A DNA stretch of 64,000 bases from Amoebidium appalachense (taxonomy: Eukaryota; Protista; Ichthyosporea): positions 1,550,001 to 1,614,000 of the forward strand of contig CAVNZM010000010.1 in the NCBI GenBank assembly GCA_963693365.1, given 5' to 3'. Both the position numbers and the translations under genes were made by a program. The notes below the pieces were generated by a model. The model worked only from the letters and a program-made list of their open reading frames with translations, did not search any database and was not told the origin of the DNA. Positions 54,870-64,000 of the stretch are shown in pieces (positions within the stretch are counted from its first letter, which is position 1; every line of letters starts with the position of its first letter).

Positions 54870-55456
54870 GGCCCTGGGGAGGGGGACGCAAACCGACTGC
54901 GGCCTCCCAATCCCGCGTTTGGAACAAGCGAACCCACCCCCCCCCCCCCCCTCCCCCATCCTAAAAAACTACCTCCACTTGCAGGCTCCCCCTCCTCTCC
55001 TTCCCCGCTCCCGTTTCTCGATCAACTACCCCAAAACCCCCTCCCAGCCGGCAAATGGTGTCTGCGTGTTTGTGGCTAGTTTTGAATTCTGCGTGTGTGC
55101 GCAATGGAAATTGGGGGGCCAGTGCATGACACGTACACAGACCTAGCAGTCATACTGACAGCGACATGATGTCACGCCGCAAAATAGCAGCATAGAAATC
55201 ACGAAAACCGGCCGCATAGTGAAGTTGCAATGGTAAGGGGACGTTTTATTTCAGTGCCTTTCGTGCCTTTTTGTAATATGGAAGGAAAACGATACAGCTG
55301 GAGACCACTAATGAACACCAATAAACTATTCTATAAGCAGTAGCATAACATGTAACAGGTACTTATACATTGCATATTTGTAAGATTCATCTTTATTATA
55401 TTACAGTAAATAACCATGTTGGTGAAAACACAGTACAGCATAATAATCAACCCCCC

Positions 55457-55495
<39 letters not shown>

Positions 55496-55824
55496 AAGAA
55501 AGTGTGCGATGTCGCCGTATATTTGGGGCGGCGGAAGGACACGAGTCATAGATGCAATCATCATAGCCACATAGGTAAGATGAAATAAGATGACTGGGGA
55601 AAAAAAAAAGAGAGAGAGAGAGAGAGACCCAGAAGAAATCAAAACATAATAGCAGAAGTATCATATGCCGATGGCAACATAGGAAACGGTCCGAGGATCA
55701 ACAGTTTCCGTCTACGGCCAGTATTAAACACACTTTCATACTAACCAATCAGATATTTCCATTACTTCTCATGCTCCACTATCAGCCAATAACATCTTGT
55801 ACCACCACCATCCTAATCGTTTCT

Positions 55825-56099
55825 TTATCGACCACCGCCCAGAGCAGGTGTATGGGCCCTAATATCAGCAATAGCTTTTTCCGACTCAGCAACCTGTGCA
55901 AGGAAACGTGCCCTCTCTTCTTCCGTTCTCTGCATCATAGTCTCTGCCTCGGAGCTGATGAGGTTCTTGGAGTCGGTGACGAGTGCTTCCTCTGTGTTGC
56001 TGGCCTGCTTGAGCATCTGAAAGGGGGACAAGGGTGAGCGTTTTGTAGACTAATTAGTAATCCGGGTGTGTGCGTGTGTGGGTGGGTGGGTGGGTGGGT

Positions 56100-56130
<31 letters not shown>

Positions 56131-56300
56131 GGGGGGGGGACGGGGGTGTGCTTGAAATCACTTGATTGTGCACGTTTCTTGATTTGTGCCTAATTGATCT
56201 TTTTTCTCGAAGTATATGCATGCAACAGCCCCTCTCCCCTGTCTACCCCACCATCACCATCACCTCACACCCACCCACCCACGTGCACAGACTAGAGAGC

Positions 56301-56355
<55 letters not shown>

Positions 56356-58404
56356 CCACATGCGTGATAGTTTTGAAAAACCGGCGCACAAAGGGCCATG
56401 TCTGCAAAGAGGAAAAAACGGAAAGGAGGTCCAGGGACTACGGCCAAGGCTGTGTTTATATGTGTGTGTATGTGTGTGCATGTGTGTGTGTGTGTGTGGC
56501 GCGCGCGCGCACGTATTTGTGTGCGTATCACAGTAGTGCGTTTGAACATGTGCATGTGCATCTTCACATGGTATGCATCACAACACCCTGCCCCTCCATT
56601 TCAATTTCACATCTGGTAGGGCATGCCTTAGGTGTGCATCACGAAAAAAAACCAGGTCACCCATTTCAATCTCGCACCTGGTATCTCTGCTTGACCCCCG
56701 CCACGGCCTCATCATAGGTTTTTTTCTTTGCAGCCAGTTGCTGTTCAACCGCCGTTTTTTCCTTCGCAAAAATATCCTGTGCCGCGGTTTTTTTCGCCTG
56801 TAGGTCGCTGACCATTTTGTCTACCTCGGCTGAAATCTTGTCCAAAAGCGCCTTTTTATCTCCGAGGAGTTTTTGTGCGGCGGCTGTCTCGTTGTTGTAG
56901 GTGTCGGCGAGTGCTTTCAAGCGCGTGTTCTGGTCTTGAACCTGTGTTCGAAAGAAAGGGTGTAAGGTTGGGCTTTAAAAGTGCCACACATAAAACCTGT
57001 ACAAAAGAAAGGTGCTAGATATGTGTCTAAACGTGCTACACATTAAAACGGAAGCACTGGAAGCTGGGCGACAGTACTAGAGCAATATGGAACAATGTAA
57101 ATTGATTAGTCAAGGGAGCAGGTATGTAGCATGGGAGAGAGAAAAACTCAGCACAATGCAGTAGTGTCTTTCCCGCTTTCTCTGCACAACTTACCCCAGT
57201 GCCTATACCCTTCACACCATGTCACATGGCTTTAGGCATTGCTGGTGTCATTCGTAGCGAAGAAAAACTGCAGGGCATGAAGGAAAAGCATGATGGAATT
57301 GCACACGCACACGCACACACATGCACATGCACATGTGCACACACATGCACACGCACCCGCACACACACGCGCGCGCGTAATCGCCAACCCCTGATTCACA
57401 TTTAAGACAGAATTGTGGTTCAGCACTCACAAAGTTGTTGTTGTTTGTCTCAAAGTTCTGTTGGATGTCGTTCTGCTTTGCAAGCCGTGCCTCCATCTCG
57501 CTCTTGCGCCTGGCAATAACCTCGTTGATACGCTCAAGACCCTTTCTCGCTTCGTCGAGTTTCTTTGCCTCCTGTTTTCCAGATGTTTTTTGTGGTCAGT
57601 GCATGCAGGGAAAACGACTTTAGGACAGCATGAAAACACCATGTTTTAGGGAGGGGCGACAGAGAATAAGAGCCCCTTAAAGTCAACCACACCCTATAAG
57701 ACACTCCTCATGTTTGGGAATAGAACTTCCCTCACCTGTGTTACCACATGCTCCAACCCCGGTATGGAACCTTAGGAGACACGAAGAAAAAAAAGGAAAT
57801 AAGCCAAGCGCCCGAACACTTAGGAGAGGGAATAAACTGCAGATGCGAGAGTAGCAGACCAGAGTAAAAGGAACAAGCCAAGTGCACGAACACTTAGGAG
57901 AGGGATTAAAATGCAGATGTGAGAGTAGCAGACCAGATTTAGTATGGTTGTGCAATCAGCTATGCCTGAGATGCGTGCTCGAACGTTCGGAAACGATGTG
58001 CAAGTTGGGGATTACAGGTGTACGTGGCTAAAAACGGATTTCCAGGAACCAAAAAAAACACCCAACCTCGATTACATCAGGTTGCACAACATTGAGCACA
58101 GCCTTTTTCGTTGTGCCAAAATCACACAAACGTGCACCACAATTTCTCGCATGCGACTTGGAAATATGCTGCAGTTCCTGCACGAAAGTGAAAAGGCATT
58201 GGGATGCGAGCCCACAAAGCTTCACAAGCACACGAACTTTGTGCCACTCTCAAAAACCGCATGCAGCAACACAAGAGGAAACAGGATATTCCGACATAAC
58301 TGCATGCATACACGAAAGCACAATCGTAGTCCAAACACATACAGCGACAGCAACAGCAAATCATTCCTACAGGAACAATTAAAACAGCTGCCAGAGTTAG
58401 GCAC

Positions 58405-58455
<51 letters not shown>

Positions 58456-58798
58456 ACCAACTTCCGATCCTTCCGCTAACGTATAAGGCACATTAAAGAG
58501 TCTCCCGCCTCTCTTAAGCTCGCACCATTCCCCATGGATTACCCGCCACACACGCATGCTCACAAACACGCAGGTGAACACCGTGAAGAATCAAACCTAC
58601 AGCTTCGAGTTTCTGTGCAGGGGTCAACTCTCTGACTTTTCCATCAGGATTCAGCGAGACCAGCGCAGCCTCAGCGAGACGTGCCTTCGCCTCCTCCACA
58701 GCCGTTGCATTTGGATCTGCTTGCCGAACATGAGGACCGGCAAAAACACCGTCGACGGCAGCAGCTGCTGCAATGGCGCACACAAAGTAATACCTCAT
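55825..58798 (-). CDS. Secreted coiled-coil protein, paralog B (~264 aa, 4 exons)
   Basis: Exons 58798-58601, 57571-57431, 56941-56678, 56016-55825; all phase-0 GT-AG. Signal-like MRYYFVCAIAAAAAVDGVFA, then HVRQA, motif LVSLNPDGKVRELTPAQKLE, then A/K/E/Q-rich helices. Confidence 0.8.
57791..57937. repeat. ~74-bp direct duplication (intronic)
   Basis: AAGCCAAG..CGAACACTTAGGAGAGGGA..TGCAGATG.GAGAGTAGCAGACCAGA occurs twice. Confidence 0.85.
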
Positions 58799-59467
58799 GT
58801 TTGCGAATTGTAATAAAAGCGTTATAAACAAGATGAGTTCGTGTAAAAGAGTACTCCAGTGAAAGGGCTCGTAAACTAGCTTTAGCTAGTACTAATACGA
58901 GACAACTCCTACTGTTGAACTGTAGAGAAACTAGTGACACATCTGTCCTAAACAATAGAAACGAGAAGAAAACGGAATCAAAAGTGAGAAGACTGATGAA
59001 GTGACCCAAGCTGCCACGATGACTATGGCTGCATGGATCTACAAAGGAATGTGAAGCTAGTCACCACCAAATAAGAAGTGCATTCCTGCAATAAAGATCG
59101 TTTGGATGATTGGGCTACACACCAGCCAAGAGCGCAGCAGAGCGCGGTAAACGCGGCAAACGAAAAGAACGTGAGTCTCCGCACCATGCGTGCAGGGGCC
59201 ACCCCGGCGCAAAGTACCCAGTTCACAGCATATTCATGAATACGTGTGATACCTTGGTGCTCACAGGACTCGGAGCCTGGCAACACGAACGTACGAGGCG
59301 AGCAAATTGCAAACGCTAGATTGAGGCAAGCCTTGTACGTTTCTGAATCGTCGATGTAAACTGAGAACCTGTGGGCCATGGGAGTTAGCAGACATGACGG
59401 TAGCCGAGAAAGGAAAAATCGAAGAAACTTGGGTGAGGGTTGAGGGGGGAGGGGGCGGGCGAGGGGG

Positions 59468-59498
<31 letters not shown>

Positions 59499-59817
59499 GG
59501 GGGAGGGGGAAGGGGGAAGAGGTGGGGAGATGGGGACAGGGAGGGGTTGAGAGGGGGGGCTGATCGGTCGGGTTGGTGGTTCTAGCGCTAATTACGTGCT
59601 CTAGCAGTAGCTTTGAGAAGTTTGAGAGCCCAAGTTCCGAGGGCCCGGCGTGAGGGGCAAGAATTAGTGAGCGCGGCGGGGGGGTGGGGTTGAGGGGAGG
59701 AGTGGGTTGAGGGAGAGAGGGATTAGCCCTTCACGTGCGATGCAACGTAGGCAACACCCAGAATCGTGAATCCACGTGCCCAAAACCACATATTGCAAAT
59801 CGATACATGCACTTGTG

Positions 59818-59929
59818 TTCGTCAATACGTCTTTGCAAGCTCTCTGGTGGCAGCCGTAAATGTTGCTCCAAACTTCGTCAATACGTCTTTGCAAGCTCTC
59901 TGGTGGCAGCCGTAAATGTTGCTCCAAAC
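59818..59929. repeat. Perfect 56-bp tandem duplication
   Basis: TTCGTCAATACGTCTTTGCAAGCTCTCTGGTGGCAGCCGTAAATGTTGCTCCAAAC x2. Confidence 0.95.
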
Positions 59930-60114
59930 TGCAAGCCTGTGTGATGTAACGTTAACACTTGAGGCCCAAAGCCACGGTGATCATGATCACATCACCTTGC
60001 GGTGAACAGTTTGGTTCCGTGGCGCTTCTCGTACTGCATTTTTATTGAACGGAAAAATGTATGATTACATGTTATTCGATGCCTGAGCAGATTAACGGCT
60101 AGGCACGGAGGAAG

Positions 60115-60203
60115 GACCAAAGGACTTTAGTATATGCCTAACAGGAAGCCTTGGAAGAAAGACCAAAGGACTTTTAGTGTATGCCTAACAGGAAGCCTTG
60201 GAA
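60115..60203. repeat. ~46-bp tandem duplication
   Basis: GACCAAAGGACTTT(T)AGTRTATGCCTAACAGGAAGCCTTGGAA x2. Confidence 0.9.
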
Positions 60204-60388
60204 TGAAACATAGAAGGTCAGACAACCACACCAGGCAGAACTGCAACTGGTGATGTTGACCACTCAACTAATTCATCCATTCATGGCTCCTACATTTTTC
60301 AATTTTTCTAGGCAATACAGTTCGCTTTACAATCTATTCTGTTCCTAGTTCCTAAAAAAGCACAGTTTCGAAGCCTGGTGGCACACAG

Positions 60389-60569
60389 CTACTTGGAGAG
60401 CAGTGACGTCACCAGAGGAAGCACAACCTTTCGAGAGGCAGCCAGGTTGCCCTGCGAGAAACACACTGCGGGTGGGGGGAGGAGGGGGAGGGAGAGGGAG
60501 GGGGAGGAGGGTAAGAAGGATCATGACGAGACAAAGACCGTGAGCGTGTCAGAGATACAACATCCAGCG

Positions 60570-60630
<61 letters not shown>

Positions 60631-61121
60631 CCACAACCACCACCACCACCACCACCACACACAAAATAAATAAAAAAACCAATTAAAAAAACCGATTTGG
60701 CCTTTTCTCCCCTACCAAATGGAAAAACCATTCCACAGACACTGCGGAACACAATGGATGACAGAGAAGTGAGGAGTGCTTTGTGGGGGGGGGGGGGGGG
60801 GGGGGGGGGGGTTTTGAATGCGGAACACAGTACGAAGTACGCATACACGATGAGAAGCATGGTGCAGGACACATGCAAAGGCAAACATTCAAGTATGCAG
60901 CATCAGCCATGCGCACAGTATGCGTCATAAGCAGAGCCCATCCTCAGGGAGGGCCCAAGTCGGGGGGGGGGGGGGGGGGGGGGGAAGAGGGGAAGAAGAT
61001 ATACTTTGCATTTATGTATCTATGTGCCCCCCTGCCCCCCCCCCCCCCTTTAAAAAAAAAAAAAAAAAGGGAAAAAGTAAAAATAAAAAAACAAATGTGA
61101 CACATACACACACACACACAA

Positions 61122-61153
<32 letters not shown>

Positions 61154-61463
61154 AAAGAAAAAAAAGAAAAAAAGAGGAGGAAGGGAAACTGAAGGTACAA
61201 TATATGCGCTTACCCGTATGCAGCCCGTTCATGTTCTCGGGCCCTGATTGGTTAGCTGTCAGCCTGAGGGTGGCGTCCTCTCTAAGGCCATTGGCTAGCT
61301 GGTCGACCAATCGGCTGTCGTGGCTGCACACCGCCAGCTCCCGGCGGAACTCCCCAGAGGCATCTGGAAGGGAGGGGGAGGGGTTTATTTCATTTCAAGT
61401 TATCTTATTTTCTTGTTTGTAATTGTTATTCGTAATACTTTTGGGGATGGGGGTAACTGGCCA

Positions 61464-61537
<74 letters not shown>

Positions 61538-61629
61538 GGAGGGCCCCGACACACACACCCAACAAAAAGCCCACCCATCTACCCACCTACACCTACACCG
61601 ATCACCATCCCCACCTGCCAAAAGCCCCC

Positions 61630-61660
<31 letters not shown>

Positions 61661-62356
61661 AAAAAAAAGAAAAAAAAGAAAAAAATAAGGCCTTGAAAGA
61701 AAGAGGAAAACAAAACACGCTACGTACAGGCCCCACAGCGTCCATTGGAACACTTTAATATTGAAGACGACTTTTCTGCTACGTCAGTGCCACTGCTTTC
61801 TCTTTATTTACTCCGACTTCTTTTTGCATGTGTTGGCGAGTGATATGTCGGCACACCATTAGATGATATCTCTATTGTAGTTCCGCGTGGCTGCTCTCTC
61901 TCGAGAGCGAAGGAGGGAGGGAGGGGGGGAGGGGAGGAGGAGGGGATGGGGGAGATGGGTGGGGTCACGTGTACACGCACACTAATGCTTCTGCTTGTTA
62001 TCAAACACACAATTAAATGACTGAAGCCCGATCCTCCCCTCCCCCCCCCCCCCCCCACCCTTTCTTCCTGTGTGTCTGCGCACGGGCACATGCGAGTGCG
62101 TGCGCATGTGTGTGTCTGTGTGTGTAAGGGACAGGAGGGCATGTACATACCCGTAAAGACCGACATCACCACCACGGCACTCAGGCCCTTCTCTCTCATA
62201 AAGGACTCAATGTCTGCTGTTACCTGCTCCTTGTGGAAGAACAAGGAAAGGCTCACACCGATAGAGCTGCAACAGAAGCATAAATGCACGTCAGCAAATA
62301 AGGTGACTGCCCCTCCTTTCCTCCTGTCTAAGGGGGGTGGGTGGGTGGGTTAGTGG

Positions 62357-62405
<49 letters not shown>

Positions 62406-62761
62406 GGGGGGGGGAGTGGGGGGCGGGGATGGTGTCTGAGTTTGCTTTCTTTTGGTTACTTTCCTGTATCAGTTTCATGTGATTTTTTTTCCTCATCCTC
62501 CCCCTCTTCCTCTCGTTCTTAGTTCCTAACTTCTCCCTGTTCTTCTTGCCCCTGAGTCCTCCCTTTTTTTATCCTACGTACCTGACGCACATGCACATGC
62601 ACAAGCACAAGCACACACGCCTGCATGCACGCACTTGCAGACTCATCCACAACACAACTACAGGTACACACTACACAAACACACAACCCCCCCCCCCCCC
62701 CCCCCCACACACACACCACCCATCCCCCCCCCCCCCTCCCCTGAGATCCATTCTCACACAC

Positions 62762-62793
<32 letters not shown>

Positions 62794-62877
62794 AAAAAAA
62801 AAAAAAGGAAAAAAAAAAAAAAACACCCATTCTCACACTCACACAACCCCCCCCCCCCCCCCTCTCTCCCCACAGAG

Positions 62878-62911
<34 letters not shown>

Positions 62912-63426
62912 ATACACCCACCCACCCACCCACCCACCCACCCCCTTCCCCTCACACACACCCACACCCACACCCATCAAACACCCATCCCCCCTCTCCC
63001 CCCCCCCCTCCCCCTTCCCTCCCTCCACCCACCCACCTACCCATCCATCCACCAGCCAACCCCCCCCCCCCCCTCCCTCCACCCACCCACCCAGGCATCC
63101 ACCCCCCCCCCCATTCCCCCCTTCCCTCCCCGCCACCCACCTGATGCCCACAACCACGGGCCCACCCACACCCTTGTAGTCTTTCCTCAGCAGCTGGTCT
63201 GCCGTCATTGCACTCATGAAGAATTTCGCCCGATTGATCTCTGAAAAGCGGGCAAAAAAATATGTTTTTAGGCATTTTACCATGGAAACCCACCTCGATT
63301 TAAGGTTTGTAGGGAATCTATAAGGTGGGTGCATGTTTGCAAAACTCCCTACTTTTCCGGGGAGAACAACACCCCTGCCCCTACATCCCAATATTAGAAC
63401 AGCCCCCCCCCCCCCCCTCCCCCTTC

Positions 63427-63490
<64 letters not shown>

Positions 63491-63721
63491 AAACATTCTA
63501 AAGGAAAAACGATACGATTCAAATCAAATATCAGCTCAACCCAACATGTGGCTTCGTGTTTCTCCCATTTAACCCTCTTGGTTGCTAATCTCAAAACACT
63601 CACAGCTCAAAAAACGACCGAGGTTTTACCACCCCCCCCCCCCCCCCCCCCATCTCAACCAATACCACCACAAAAAAAGCAAAAAACTACACATACACAT
63701 ACACATCCACACCGCACCCAG

Positions 63722-63769
<48 letters not shown>

Positions 63770-63903
63770 ACACACACACAAAACAACCCACGCACGCACC
63801 CACCCACACGCAGACACACACACCCTTAAATGCCTCTGTCCTGTCCAGCCCAGACACGTACGGCTGCAACCTGTCCAGCACATCCACATCCTGTTGTGTG
63901 ACC
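60389..63903 (-). CDS. PRUNE: Prune/PPX1-family exopolyphosphatase, 3' part (DHHA2 domain); 5' exons lie beyond the window
   Basis: Exons 63903-63824, 63240-63141, 62266-62151, 61363-61214, 60465-60389, phase-consistent. Motifs QLLRKDYK, GISSI, GEFRREL and QGNLAASRKVVLPLV are typical of PPX1/Prune. Confidence 0.88.
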
Positions 63904-64000
63904 CTGCACGTGCATGCTTACGTAAGTAAATGACAGCCATTCATTGGTGGGATAATCTTTTAAAACATTTTCAAATAAATCATATTCTCTCTTCAATGCC

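Noticed and set aside
51300-55200. Non-repetitive islands (e.g. 52490-52760, 53257-53410, 53795-53930) that might be exons
   Set aside because: I could not build a phase-consistent gene or recognise a protein; RNA-seq is needed.

Overview
Eukaryotic nuclear DNA, extremely rich in simple repeats (poly-C/poly-G, (CA)n/(GT)n, (AG)n/(CT)n), so nearly all listed ORFs are artefacts and the real genes are spliced. Exons were assembled by hand with splice-phase checks. Genes found: (1) a ~29-exon MMS22L-like DNA-repair gene (+, ~46-28547); (2) a 5'-truncated non-LTR retrotransposon with an 8-bp TSD (31764-33140); (3) two 4-exon paralogous genes for secreted coiled-coil proteins I cannot assign to a family (-, 35131-38478 and 55825-58798); (4) RPL23/uL14 (+, 41879-44654), hosting two copies of a C/D snoRNA antisense to LSU rRNA (snR39B/SNORD2-type) and a candidate H/ACA RNA; (5) a probable small secreted-protein gene (46653-47137); (6) an intronless LITAF-like Zn protein lacking the usual hydrophobic anchor (50092-50508); (7) the 3' part of a Prune/PPX1 exopolyphosphatase (-, 60389-63903, continuing past the window). 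Several MITEs and minisatellites are also present. The most interesting signals are the secreted paralog pair, an exon flanked by tandem copies of its own splice sites, 3' splice sites preceded by (CA)n instead of a U-rich tract, and a snoRNA second guide complementary to the 5' splice-site consensus. Animal-like MMS22L with fungal-like CTRAY branch points suggests a unicellular opisthokont (e.g. an ichthyosporean), but this is inference only. All homology calls come from recalled motifs, not database searches.
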